64,000 nucleotides of DNA from Candidatus Dormiibacterota bacterium (GCA_963718525.1 OY970355.1:1536001-1600000), one strand, 5' to 3'. Numbered from the stretch's first letter, positions 12,864 through 22,574 are shown. The notes: generated by a model not told the origin, from the letters alone. Numbers and translations: made by a program.

Positions 12864-13279
12864 GGTTTCCTCGGCTGCGAGTCCGCCGCCGGAGGCATCT
12901 CGATGACGACATTGGTGGCTTTCACGGACGCGACCGCGAGCATGCCAGGCTCGAGACCAAGCTCCCGAACCGCCTCGCTGCTGATCAATGAGCTGATCCG
13001 GAAGGGACCGGCCTGGAGCTTGACATGCGCCATCACGCCGTCCGTGGCGACGTCGGTCACCAGCCCGAGGAAGTGATTGCGCGCTGACTCGGTGGCGGGC
13101 ACGGTCGGGTGGTTGCTCGCGACCTCGACGGCGAACCTGGCCAGTGCGACACCGTCGACCAGCCGGTGGCCACCCTCGGTGCGGACCGTATCGATGCGTC
13201 CAGCGTCGGCCCAGCGCCGCACCGTGTCGACGCTGACGCCGAGGAGCTCCGCGGCCTGGCCCATCTTGTATGTCGGCAT
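12860..13279 (-). CDS. HTH (MerR/excisionase-like) plus TOBE molybdate-responsive regulator
   Basis: AAELLGVSVDTVRRW HTH and SARN...VKATNV TOBE; first gene of mod operon. Confidence 0.88.
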   Translation of the reverse strand: MPTYKMGQAAELLGVSVDTVRRWADAGRIDTVRTEGGHRLVDGVALARFAVEVASNHPTVPATESARNHFLGLVTDVATDGVMAHVKLQAGPFRISSLISSEAVRELGLEPGMLAVASVKATNVVIEMPPAADSQPRKP

Positions 13280-13287
13280 GGGCCGCG

Positions 13288-13317
13288 ACCTTAGCGCAAA
13301 AGCGGTCTTCTTCTCAA
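13288..13317 (-). promoter_or_regulatory. Sigma70-type promoter of mod operon (near-leaderless)
   Basis: TTGAGA-N18-TAAGGT on minus strand, 8 nt before ATG 13279. Confidence 0.55.
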
Positions 13318-13349
13318 CTGCGCCTTGCTGCTGCGGCTTGTCTCAGGGA

Positions 13350-14006
13350 CTATTCGTGCGCGACCACGGTGACCGCGTGCACCACATCGCTGACAAAGAG
13401 CGGAGCGGGGTAGATCACCCGGACGTACCCCTGTGGGTCGATGACAGCGAGAAAATTGGTGTGCGGAGCTTCGATCGGCTCACCCCACTTCAACCAGGTG
13501 ATCTTCAGTTCGGCGTCGGGTCCGAGGAGCCAGCGCCATCCGGGATCCCACTTGGTTGTGAGATTCGTGCGGATGAACTGCGCCACGTTCGCGGGGGTGC
13601 GGTCGGCGACGACGCTCACGATGAGCAGAACCGGATTGATCCCCTTGGGCAGTGCCTGCTCGACGGCGACGATGTCACGACCGAGGAGCGGGCAGAGGTT
13701 GACACACAGTGGGTCCATGAATGCGACGAGCACGACATGGCCCTTCTCGTCTGCGAGCGAGACTGACTGGCCATTCTGGTCGACGAGCCCGGTCAGCGGA
13801 GGTGTCGGCTGGCGTGTGAGTGGTGAGCCGATGATGTTCGCGGAGGGCGTGATCTCCAATGGGGCACTTGTCGTTCTGACGCTCGGGTGCACCGTCATGG
13901 ACATCAATGCCCCGATGCCAAGCCCACCCGCAAGTGCGACCGCAACGATCAGCGCCTGCCCACGCTTGGAACGAGTCAGGCCTCCGAGGCGCTCCGAGGG
14001 CTTCAT
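13350..14006 (-). CDS. SCO/SenC-family copper chaperone (thioredoxin fold, membrane anchored)
   Basis: N-terminal TM, LVDQNG, FMDPLCVNLCP (CxxxC), PHT His, VIDPQGYVR; SD GAGGA before ATG 14006. Confidence 0.82.
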   Translation of the reverse strand: MKPSERLGGLTRSKRGQALIVAVALAGGLGIGALMSMTVHPSVRTTSAPLEITPSANIIGSPLTRQPTPPLTGLVDQNGQSVSLADEKGHVVLVAFMDPLCVNLCPLLGRDIVAVEQALPKGINPVLLIVSVVADRTPANVAQFIRTNLTTKWDPGWRWLLGPDAELKITWLKWGEPIEAPHTNFLAVIDPQGYVRVIYPAPLFVSDVVHAVTVVAHE

Positions 14007-14150
14007 CCACAATCCTCGCACTCGGCAACGGCTGATAAGTGGTCGCCTCCGCACCTCCCGGCGGCGTCCCGCTTGCGAGCGAGGCGCCAATTATGGCTCG
14101 CTTGAACCCGCTCCGGTGACGCCCCCGATGCGCGAGCGTATGCTCCGCGC

Positions 14151-14858
14151 GTGATCCCCAAGCGGCAGGCGAGGATTGCTGCGCCAGGCGTCGTTCTCCT
14201 GGCGCTGGTTGGGCTGTTCATCGGCCACACCCTCGAGTACCTCCGCGTCTGGGGAGCCGAAGGGATCGTCGCGTCGATGACCAACCCCGTCCACGCGTAC
14301 ATGCTCCCGGTGGCGGGGGTCCTGTTGGGCCTCAGCGCCGTGTTCGCGTTCCGTTTGGCGCGCGCGTGGCAGAAGCTCAACGACCGGCTCGATCGAGCCG
14401 CGGCCGGTGTCCGGCGGATCTGGCGCGGGCGAGCCGACGAGGCGCCCAGTTCGCCAACTTCCCGATCGACCCCGGGGACCCGTCTGGTGGCCCTGTGGCT
14501 ACCGCTCGCCGCGGCTCAGATTGCCCTGTATCTCGTGCAGGAGAACCTCGAGGCGGCGGCGCGCTCGCAGCCCGCGCCCGGGTGGGGTGCGATCACCGGG
14601 GTGCATTGGGCGGCCCCGCTTATCCACCTCTACGTGGCCCTCCTGCTCGCCTGCATCGTCCGCATTTGCGAGATTTTGTTCCGCAGGCGGGAGGTCGCGG
14701 TCGAGCGGGTCGAGGCCATGCTCCGGGCTGCGATCAGCCGGAGGCGGCACACGGTCGCCGGCGTTGGGACGCCCGTCCACCCTCAGTGCGCATCACCACT
14801 TGATCAGCTTGGCAGGCACCTCTGGAGGAGGCCACCCCCGCAGCTCCTCGAAGTCTGA
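14151..14858 (+). CDS. His-rich polytopic membrane protein ending in RRPPP; candidate translation-arrest leader
   Basis: About 4 hydrophobic helices with GHTLEY, VHAYM, VHW, IHLY; -10 TATGCT 6 nt before GTG; C-terminus HLWRRPPPQLLEV. Confidence 0.7.
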   Translation: MIPKRQARIAAPGVVLLALVGLFIGHTLEYLRVWGAEGIVASMTNPVHAYMLPVAGVLLGLSAVFAFRLARAWQKLNDRLDRAAAGVRRIWRGRADEAPSSPTSRSTPGTRLVALWLPLAAAQIALYLVQENLEAAARSQPAPGWGAITGVHWAAPLIHLYVALLLACIVRICEILFRRREVAVERVEAMLRAAISRRRHTVAGVGTPVHPQCASPLDQLGRHLWRRPPPQLLEV

Positions 14859-14910
14859 CCGACCGTCCGTGAGCTTCGGCTCACCAACGATCCGTTCACA
14901 CCTTGAGGAG
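14823..14910 (+). promoter_or_regulatory. Anti-SD / UUCG hairpin / SD translational switch
   Basis: CTCCTCGAAG (14844-14853) complementary to CTTGAGGAG (14902-14910); GTGAGC-TTCG-GCTCAC hairpin at 14869-14884. Confidence 0.6.
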
Positions 14911-14918
14911 ACATCAAG

Positions 14919-15647
14919 TTGTCCAGAACTCGCCTGCGTTTGTCCGCGGTTGCCGCAGCGGCGCTGCTCGCCCTGACCACGTCATTCGCTGTTGCGTCGG
15001 CGCATTTTGTGTTCACCGCCGGCAAGTATCGGATCGCCATCGGCTGGCAGTTCGAGCCTGCGGGTGGCACCGATACGTATGTCGGCGCCCCCAATGCGAT
15101 CCAGGTGTTCATCGACGTTCCGTCGGCATCGAACCCGATCGGGACCCCCGTCAGCACGCTCAACCAGGACTGCACGCATCCGGATTTTCAGGTCACCGTG
15201 ACCGTCGGGAGCACGACAAGCAGTCCATTCTGCCCGGTGCCCCTGTACGACGCCGATACCGGTAACGGCAGGCGTGACGAATACGACTATGCGCTCATCC
15301 CCACAGTGGTCGGAACCTACACCTTTCGCCTCTTCGGCACCATCAACGGCGTTCCGGTCAACCAGACGGTCGCGTCGGGCCCGACGACTTTCGACTCCAT
15401 CGCGGATTCGAGCGCCGTTCAGTTCCCGGTGGTCATACCGGCAGCGGCTGCCGTGGCAACCAAGGTCGACACCGTGAGTCAACGCGCCGCAAGCGCGCTG
15501 TCGAGCGCACAGTCCGCATCAACAACAGCCAGTGACGCGAAGACGAGCGCCTCCGGTGCAACCACACTCGCGATCATCGCGATCGTTGTGGCGGTGCTGC
15601 TCAGCGCACTCAACCTGGTGATCGGGTTGCGCCGCCGGAGCACGTAG
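14919..15647 (+). CDS. Exported, C-terminally anchored protein with predicted N-terminal His (probable copper-binding)
   Basis: Signal peptide ending ASA-H, C-terminal TM plus RRRS; SD GAGGAG before TTG; upstream of copCD. Confidence 0.7.
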   Translation: MSRTRLRLSAVAAAALLALTTSFAVASAHFVFTAGKYRIAIGWQFEPAGGTDTYVGAPNAIQVFIDVPSASNPIGTPVSTLNQDCTHPDFQVTVTVGSTTSSPFCPVPLYDADTGNGRRDEYDYALIPTVVGTYTFRLFGTINGVPVNQTVASGPTTFDSIADSSAVQFPVVIPAAAAVATKVDTVSQRAASALSSAQSASTTASDAKTSASGATTLAIIAIVVAVLLSALNLVIGLRRRST

Positions 15648-15648
15648 C

Positions 15649-17631
15649 ATGCGGATGCGGCGGTCGCTGATCGTCGGTGCAACTCTTGCGGCGGGGGCAG
15701 CCATCTGGCTGCCCCTGACCGCGGCCGCCCATGCGCTGCCGCAGAGTGCCATACCTCCCGAGGGAGCGGAGGTGCAAATCGCACCGAAGCTTGTGGAGAT
15801 CACCTTTGGTGAGACGCCCGACCCGAAGCTGTCGACAATCACCGTGATCAACAGCGCTGGGTTGAGCGTCGACGCCGGACCGACCGTCGTCGTGCCGGGC
15901 CATCCACTCGAGCTCGAGGTGCCCCTGCAGCACATCGGCAACGGCGTGTACACGGTGACATGGAAGACCGTCTCCGAGGTCGATGGTCATCTCGCGACCG
16001 GCGCGTACGCCTTCGGGGTCGGGGAGTCAGCCGCGAGTGCCAACGCGCACGCGAGCAGGTCAGTGGTGTCACCGCCGCCGTCGGTCCTTGCGGTGGTGGG
16101 GCGCTGGCTGTTCTTCGTCGGCGTTATGGGCATGGTCGGAATCGTGTCGACGTGCCTGCTCGTGCTGGCGGCAGTTCCGGCCTCGAGCGGACGAATGCTG
16201 GCCGGAGCCTGGATCGCCGGCGCCGTCGGCGTTGCGGGCGTCGTCGAAGCACAGCGCGAAGCCGCGGGAGTTGCCTTCAGCTCGTTGCTTTCAACATCAC
16301 TCGGAACGACCGCCGTCGAGCGAATCGTGGCGATCGCGGCCACAGGACTGGCAGTGGTTGCCGCATCGGTAGGCCCCGCCGCCGGAAGGCGGATCGCGGT
16401 GGCGCTGGCCGGCGTCGGAGCGGTAGCGTCAATGTGGGTCGATGTCGCGGCGAGCCACGCCGGTGCTCAAGCGCCGGTCGCGCTCAATCTATTCGCGCAG
16501 TGGGCACACATCGTTGCGAGCGGCATCTGGATCGGCGGCTTGTTGGTTCTCATCGTGGCTGTCCGAGGGCAGCCGTCTGAGCTCAAAGGACGAGCCGTGC
16601 GCCGCTTCTCAACCATCGCGGGAATCGCCATCGTCCTGGTCGCGCTCACCGGGACGTTCCGAGCGGTGATCGAGATCGGATCGATCGGGCAGCTCTTCGC
16701 CACCGCCTTCGGGGTGCTCGTCATCGTCAAGGTGGCGCTGTTCCTGGTGCTCGCGGCTCTCGGCGCGATCAATCGCTACCGCAACGTGCCGCGCGCCGCC
16801 AGGGTGCTGCGAGGCCTGCGACGCGTCGGGTCCACCGAGGTCGTGATCGGCGCCGCCGTTGTGCTCGTCGCCGCAGCGCTCGTGAATGTTGCGCCGCCGG
16901 TTGCCTCCACGGCTGCGGCGCCAACGGCACGGTCGAGCCAGCTCGTCGTCACCGGCAGCGACTTTGCCACCACCGTGAAAGTCCGTCTCACCGTGTCACC
17001 GGGGACCGCCGGCTTCAACAACTTCGTCCTTCGCGTCACCGACTACGACACCGGCGCGACGGTAAACGCCGCTTCGGCGCAGCTCGAGTTCACGCAGCCG
17101 CTGCGACCGCAGCTCGGCCAGTCAACGCTGACGCTCAAGCGTCAGCCTGATGGAAGCTTTGCAGCGCGCGGCGGCAACCTCGCGATCGCCGGGATCTGGG
17201 AGGTCGCAGCGATCATCGAGAACGCAGCGAACTCCACCGAAGTCCATCTCCAGGTGACGACGATCACACCCGCACCGATCGTCACGGCGACCCGCTTCAG
17301 CGGATTGCCCACCCTGTATTCGATCCAGCTGCCGAACGGCGGGATTGCCCAGGTCTACATCGATCCCGACAAGGCGGGTGCCGACGAGTTTCATGTCACC
17401 TTCTTCACAAACTCCAACGAGACCAGCGAGATCCACATCGCATCGATCACTGTCGGCATCACCCCACCTGGAGGTACGCCCACCGTCCTGGTCACCCGCC
17501 GCCTGGATCCGATTGGCCATTTCGTCGCCGATGCCACAGTCCCAGCGGGCGCCACGCGCTACGACGTCATCGCCACGACGCAGACCGGCGTCCCCATCGC
17601 GACCTACGTGACGATCACGCCCGGGCCCTGA
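15649..17631 (+). CDS. CopC/CopD fusion copper uptake protein with C-terminal Ig-like domains
   Basis: Signal AAA-HA, YTVTWKTVSEVDGH (CopC), ASHA, WAHIVASGIWIGGL, RRFS (CopD). Confidence 0.88.
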   Translation: MRMRRSLIVGATLAAGAAIWLPLTAAAHALPQSAIPPEGAEVQIAPKLVEITFGETPDPKLSTITVINSAGLSVDAGPTVVVPGHPLELEVPLQHIGNGVYTVTWKTVSEVDGHLATGAYAFGVGESAASANAHASRSVVSPPPSVLAVVGRWLFFVGVMGMVGIVSTCLLVLAAVPASSGRMLAGAWIAGAVGVAGVVEAQREAAGVAFSSLLSTSLGTTAVERIVAIAATGLAVVAASVGPAAGRRIAVALAGVGAVASMWVDVAASHAGAQAPVALNLFAQWAHIVASGIWIGGLLVLIVAVRGQPSELKGRAVRRFSTIAGIAIVLVALTGTFRAVIEIGSIGQLFATAFGVLVIVKVALFLVLAALGAINRYRNVPRAARVLRGLRRVGSTEVVIGAAVVLVAAALVNVAPPVASTAAAPTARSSQLVVTGSDFATTVKVRLTVSPGTAGFNNFVLRVTDYDTGATVNAASAQLEFTQPLRPQLGQSTLTLKRQPDGSFAARGGNLAIAGIWEVAAIIENAANSTEVHLQVTTITPAPIVTATRFSGLPTLYSIQLPNGGIAQVYIDPDKAGADEFHVTFFTNSNETSEIHIASITVGITPPGGTPTVLVTRRLDPIGHFVADATVPAGATRYDVIATTQTGVPIATYVTITPGP

Positions 17632-17637
17632 GCCGCA

Positions 17638-18450
17638 TCACCGAATTGCGGCGTTGATCAACTCCGCGACCACCTTCGGCTGTTCGAGATACGGCAGGTG
17701 CGCCATCCCCTCGAACAGGTGAAACCGCGATTTGGGCAGCCAGTCGGCCAGTTCCTTCGACTGCGCGATCATGAATGGCAGGTCGAGGTCGCCGCATGCC
17801 ACGGTCACCGGGACCGAGATCTCCTCCAGCCTCGACCATGCGGTGATCCCACTCTTCCCGGATTCCTCGGGGATCTCGTTCTTCAACGCGATGGCGTTCA
17901 TCTCGAGCGCGAGAGCTCGAGCCGGTCCCGACACACGTCCCTCGGGGCCGCGCGGCCCATCGAGCCAGAGCCAGATCTCGATCCGGTTGATCTCGTCCAT
18001 CTCGCCGGACGTCTGGGCCGCCTCCCACATGCGCACGAGCCGGTCGGTGTTGGCGTCGAAGGTGCCCGGTTCGGGGGCGCCACTCACCGCCGGGGCGAGG
18101 AGCACCAGGCCGGCCACTCGTTCCGGGCTCGTGAGCGCGGCGTCGATGGCGATCTCGCCACCCATGGAACTGCCCACCAGCCACACGGGGCCGGTTGCCT
18201 CCTGATCGAGGACCGCGTACAGGTCCTCGAGGTGCGAGAAACCGTAGGTGACCCCGGACGTCTCGCCGTAGCCACGCAGGTCGTATGCCACGACACCCGT
18301 GGTCGGTTGGAGCGCCTCAGCGACCGCATACCAGGAGCGACGGTCGGTCACGCCGGAGTGGAGCAGGACGACCGGCTGCCCGACGCCCGGCCAGCGCTCG
18401 CCGGCGAGGGTGGCCGTGCCGCGCTGCACCGCGAACTTCTCGGAAGGCAC
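17638..18450 (-). CDS. Alpha/beta fold hydrolase
   Basis: VVLLHSG, YDLRGYG, GSSMGG nucleophile elbow, GDLD, AHLPYLE. Confidence 0.9.
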   Translation of the reverse strand: MPSEKFAVQRGTATLAGERWPGVGQPVVLLHSGVTDRRSWYAVAEALQPTTGVVAYDLRGYGETSGVTYGFSHLEDLYAVLDQEATGPVWLVGSSMGGEIAIDAALTSPERVAGLVLLAPAVSGAPEPGTFDANTDRLVRMWEAAQTSGEMDEINRIEIWLWLDGPRGPEGRVSGPARALALEMNAIALKNEIPEESGKSGITAWSRLEEISVPVTVACGDLDLPFMIAQSKELADWLPKSRFHLFEGMAHLPYLEQPKVVAELINAAIR

Positions 18451-18618
18451 CCGCCCATTCTGACCGGAGAAGCGCGGGGCGACGTGCTGAGCGCCGGCGG
18501 TGAGCCGACGCGGCGCGGATCGCCGGTCAGCGCGTAACTCGTCACGGGGTTGTAGAGAAGCGAGCGCAGGTCACTGACAGTGCCGGCCGGCGCGCGTCCT
18601 GTTGACATGATTCCGGTG

Positions 18619-19002
18619 ATGGCAGTCGACGAGGAGGAGGTCAACCAGTCGCTCAGACCGGTGCACGGACAGCTGTCATACCTGCAGATCCCGGCGATTG
18701 ACGTGAGGCGATCAGCGGAGTTTTATTCGCGCGTCTTCGGGTGGCATGTCGAGCACCCGCACCCCGGGTTCGACGCTCCCGGGCTCATCGGTCAGTGGGT
18801 GACCGACCAGCCGCCGACGCGCAGTGCGGGGCTGCTCCCCTGGTTGAATGTCGACAGCATCGATGATGCGATGAAGCTCGTTCGAGCACATGGCGGCGAG
18901 GTGCTCGAGCATCCGACGCCGGACGGTCCCGACCGACTTCTCGCGACCGTGCGCGACCCTGCCGGGAATCTCGTCGGCCTGGTGCAGCTCGTCGCTCGCT
19001 GA
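18619..19002 (+). CDS. VOC/glyoxalase family protein
   Basis: LQIPAIDVRRSAEFYSRVFGW, VDSID, RDPAGNLVGL; start uncertain (18580-18619). Confidence 0.82.
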   Translation: MAVDEEEVNQSLRPVHGQLSYLQIPAIDVRRSAEFYSRVFGWHVEHPHPGFDAPGLIGQWVTDQPPTRSAGLLPWLNVDSIDDAMKLVRAHGGEVLEHPTPDGPDRLLATVRDPAGNLVGLVQLVAR

Positions 19003-19015
19003 GCGCGGACGGGCG

Positions 19016-19213
19016 TCAGCTCGCGAGCAGGAGGCGTGGCTCCACGAGGTGCCGGTGCCCGCACGCGACGCACTTCAACTCAGCGCGGACGGGGCGGACG
19101 CGCCGTCGCATCTCCTTGTACTCCGGCTGCGGGACGTGGACCGTCAGAGGGAGCAGCCTGGTCTCGCCGCAACGGACACAGCGGATCTGTCGCTGCTGAT
19201 TCGACCGTTTCAC
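19016..19213 (-). CDS. Small zinc-ribbon protein (CxxC...CxxC)
   Basis: IRCVRCG and LKCVACGH; -10 CAGAAT 7 nt before GTG 19213. Confidence 0.6.
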   Translation of the reverse strand: MKRSNQQRQIRCVRCGETRLLPLTVHVPQPEYKEMRRRVRPVRAELKCVACGHRHLVEPRLLLAS

Positions 19214-19260
19214 GCGCGATATTCTGCTACGGGATCCCCCCGGCGCGCCATCCATCTGAC

Positions 19261-20445
19261 TCATACGGCGACGCCTGAAAGGGCCACGAGGGCACCAACC
19301 AGCCCGGCGAGGACGAGGCCGCTGACGACGCCTCGACGGATCACGAAGAACCAGAGCAGCGCGCCGGCAAGCACCGGAATCTGCCAGATCACCTGGAATT
19401 CAAGTCCGAGTGGGATCGTCGAACCCGCGATCGCCCCGATCACCGCGGGACCCGCCCCGGTAAGGAATGCCTGGATCGAGGCATTCGTCCGGATCTGATC
19501 GAATCGCGGGCCGCCTGCCAGCACGAACACGAAGGATGGAGCGAACGCAACCACCACGGCGAGCAGACCCCCGGCGAGACTCGCGGCGGCGTAGCCGACG
19601 ACAGCGACGGTCAGCACGACCGGCCCCGGTGTGATCTGACCGAGCGCAACGGCGTCGAGGAATTGGGCGCCGGTCATCCAGTGGTAGGTGTCGACCGCGT
19701 CGTGCTGCATGAGCGGGACGATCACAAAACCGCCGCCATACGACAGCGCGCCGACCTTGAACGCCACCCACGCGAGAGCGCCGAGGCCGGCGAGCGTGAC
19801 CGTATGCACCCCAGCCGCAACGACCAATCCGGATGCGGAACGGGATCCGGGTGATCGCGCGTTCCGATGCTGGACCGCCACCTCGGCGAGCCCGCACAGC
19901 AGCAGCACGAGCACCAGGAACGGCCCGATCAGTGCGGCAGACAACGCCCCGGCGACGGCGAATACCAGCCATCGAGCTCGCCGCGCCCGTCCGGTGCCGG
20001 CGCGCCTCCAGCTCGACGGCGCCAGCCCCCAGGCGGCGTACAACGCCACTGCGGGCACGGCTGCGCCGGCCCCCACGGCTGCGCCGAGAATCCAGATCGG
20101 CGGGTGTGTCGCCAGGAAGATCGCCGACAGAACGAGGATGAGGGCGAGGCCTGGTGCGATGAAACAGATGCCGCCGAGGAGGGCGCCTGGTACACCCCGC
20201 AGTCGCCATGCGCAGAAGATCGCCAGCTGCGTCGATGCAGGACCGGGCAGCAGGCTCGTGGCCGAGATGCCGTCCTCGAACTCCTCCGCGTCGAGCCAAT
20301 GGCGTTGCTGCACGCAGAGCCGGCGCAGCAACGCGATGTGCGCCGGTGGGCCGCCAAAACCGATGCACCCGAGGCGCAACCATTCGCGAGCGATGGTTGC
20401 GAGCGACACCCTCTCGCGGATGTCCGCGCGGTTGCGCTCGAGCAC
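19261..20445 (-). CDS. chrA: Chromate/oxyanion efflux transporter (CHR family)
   Basis: GFGGPPAH, LPGPASTQ, SYGGG, GQITPGP in two homologous halves. Confidence 0.9.
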   Translation of the reverse strand: MLERNRADIRERVSLATIAREWLRLGCIGFGGPPAHIALLRRLCVQQRHWLDAEEFEDGISATSLLPGPASTQLAIFCAWRLRGVPGALLGGICFIAPGLALILVLSAIFLATHPPIWILGAAVGAGAAVPAVALYAAWGLAPSSWRRAGTGRARRARWLVFAVAGALSAALIGPFLVLVLLLCGLAEVAVQHRNARSPGSRSASGLVVAAGVHTVTLAGLGALAWVAFKVGALSYGGGFVIVPLMQHDAVDTYHWMTGAQFLDAVALGQITPGPVVLTVAVVGYAAASLAGGLLAVVVAFAPSFVFVLAGGPRFDQIRTNASIQAFLTGAGPAVIGAIAGSTIPLGLEFQVIWQIPVLAGALLWFFVIRRGVVSGLVLAGLVGALVALSGVAV

Positions 20446-20458
20446 GCGTGCGGAAACC

Positions 20459-21190
20459 TCAGGACTGCGTGTCGGGTCCAGGGTCGCGCATCGCCGACCA
20501 CGACCGGTGACGATCCTGCGCGTCGATCGCCCACTGCAGGGTCTCGAGGACGTGGCTGAGGTGCGCCGCCATAGCCGCATCACATGCATCGGGGTCGTGC
20601 GCTGCAATCGCGGCGACGATCGCCTCGTGCTCGCGAAGGGATTGCTCAGGCCGGCCCGGGCGGAGGATCGTGCCGTACTGGAACCGAATGCTCTGCGACT
20701 TGAGGGTGACGAGAACCTTCGTCGCCACCTGATTGCCGGAGATCCTCCAGATTCGTCGGTGCAACTGCGTGTTGAGCTGGCTGTAGCCGAACGTATCGGA
20801 TTCGCGGAGGCGCTCGGTCATGGCGTCGAGGATGGCTCGAAGGTCAGCGAGGTCCGCGCTGGTCGCCAGCCCCGCGGCGCTGCGGGTGAGGAGGCGTTCG
20901 AGTGCGTTGCGTACTTGCTCGATCTCGAGCGCTTCACGTGCTGAGATCAGCCGGACTCGGGCGCCGCGGTTAGGCTCGCGGACGATCAGGCCCTCCTGAT
21001 CCAGCACGGCGAGGGCGGCGCGAATCGCCGTTCGTCCCGCGCCAAACCGAACGGATAGATCCGCCTCGACGAGGCGCTCATTGGGTTGAAACTCGCCTCC
21101 GACAATCGCCTGACGGAGCCGGTCGCAAGGATCCGCAAGGGCGCGGATGCGCTGTTTCCTCGGTGTCAGCGGGGGGGCTAGATTGTTCAC
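20459..21190 (-). CDS. GntR family (FCD) transcriptional regulator
   Basis: ERLVEADL, RTAIRAAL, PNRGA, SLREHEAIV. Confidence 0.9.
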   Translation of the reverse strand: MNNLAPPLTPRKQRIRALADPCDRLRQAIVGGEFQPNERLVEADLSVRFGAGRTAIRAALAVLDQEGLIVREPNRGARVRLISAREALEIEQVRNALERLLTRSAAGLATSADLADLRAILDAMTERLRESDTFGYSQLNTQLHRRIWRISGNQVATKVLVTLKSQSIRFQYGTILRPGRPEQSLREHEAIVAAIAAHDPDACDAAMAAHLSHVLETLQWAIDAQDRHRSWSAMRDPGPDTQS

Positions 21191-21217
21191 AACAGTGTCG
21201 CTAGTATTGTCGACAAT
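21182..21217. promoter_or_regulatory. Putative GntR operator pair
   Basis: Perfect palindrome ATTGTCGACAAT at 21206-21217 and degenerate ATTGTTCACAAC at 21182-21193 between divergent gntR and ABC operon. Confidence 0.65.
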
Positions 21218-21254
21218 CTTCGCCAGCCGCGCTCCGGGCGCTAGGAGGGATCTG

Positions 21255-22574
21255 ATGCTCGCAAGCCATCATCGGGTCGGCAAAGAGGTGGGGGTGCTCT
21301 TCGCGATGCTCACCGTCGCGCTCGCTGCGTGCGGGAGTTCGACGCCCGGAGCGACGGCGAGCTCGTCGCCGCTGCTCATCGGGGTCATCGCGCCATTCAC
21401 CGGCGCTGACGCCGCGCTTGGACCCGCGTATTTCGCGGCATGTCTCCCCGCCGCCCGAGCGATCAACAACGCAGGCGGTGTCATGGGGCACATGGTGAGC
21501 TGCCAGGAGTTTGACACTCGCGGTGAACCGGCGGACGCCGTCCCGGCCGCGCAGCAGATGATCGCGAGCCACTCGAACCTGATGGCGGTTGTGGGTTGCA
21601 CCTCGGACGAGGCCGCGAGCGTGGCACCGATCCTCAACCAGGCGCATATCCCGATGTTCTGCATGACCGGCCAATCGGAATTCAACAAGACGAGCTTCAC
21701 CTACTTCCATCGCCTTGTCCCTCCCGATGAGTTCGACGCCTTCGCAATGGTAGGAAGCGCGCTCGACCACTTCAACTACAAGAAGGTCGCCCTTGTCTTC
21801 GGAAACGACATCGGTTCCCAGGCGTTCGTGGGACCAGCGATGACCGCTCTCAAGAACCTCGGCGCCACCGTGACGATCAACCAGGCGATCGCGCTCGGTC
21901 AATCGTCGTACCGGACCGAGGTCACTGCGATGCTGGCGACCCATCCGGACGTGATCTTCACCGAGGCACTCGGACCGACCGATGCCACGTACTTGTCCGA
22001 GGTCAAGCAGTTGAACAACGGCGTCATGCTGCCGTTCATGGGAACGTCGGCAACGATTGACCCGGTGTGGTTCGGGGCGGTGACGGGGGCGGTCGGCGTC
22101 CAGACAGTGGTCGACAAGTTCACCGCGGTGGACCTCGGCGTGTCGTTCAGCGGACCGGGGTACGACGAGTTCAAGACGAATCTAGACGCCGTGGCATCGC
22201 AGTTCCCTGATGCGCCGAAGTATTCGCAGCGCGGGGCGACGCTTCACCTCTACGACGGCATCATGCAGGCCGCGCTGGCCATGGATGAGACCAAGAGCAC
22301 CGACCCGACCGTGTACAACTCCGTGATCAAGGACGTCGGCAACGGAGTCGCCGGCGCGACCACCGTGAACACCTATGCGGCCGGCGTGGCCGCAATCAAG
22401 AACGGCCAGAAGGTTCGCTGGGTTGGCGCCGGTGGGCTCACCAACTACAACCAGTACAACAACTCCCAGCAGGGCTACATCCTGGTTCGCTATGACGCGT
22501 CGGGCAATGAGATCACCATCGGAACGCTCACCCAGGCGCAGACCGCGGCCATCATCACGGCGGGTGGTGGCTGA
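21255..22574 (+). CDS. Liv-type (HAAT) ABC substrate-binding lipoprotein
   Basis: SD AGGAGG, lipobox LAAC, IGVIAPFTG, INNAGGVMG. Confidence 0.85.
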   Translation: MLASHHRVGKEVGVLFAMLTVALAACGSSTPGATASSSPLLIGVIAPFTGADAALGPAYFAACLPAARAINNAGGVMGHMVSCQEFDTRGEPADAVPAAQQMIASHSNLMAVVGCTSDEAASVAPILNQAHIPMFCMTGQSEFNKTSFTYFHRLVPPDEFDAFAMVGSALDHFNYKKVALVFGNDIGSQAFVGPAMTALKNLGATVTINQAIALGQSSYRTEVTAMLATHPDVIFTEALGPTDATYLSEVKQLNNGVMLPFMGTSATIDPVWFGAVTGAVGVQTVVDKFTAVDLGVSFSGPGYDEFKTNLDAVASQFPDAPKYSQRGATLHLYDGIMQAALAMDETKSTDPTVYNSVIKDVGNGVAGATTVNTYAAGVAAIKNGQKVRWVGAGGLTNYNQYNNSQQGYILVRYDASGNEITIGTLTQAQTAAIITAGGG

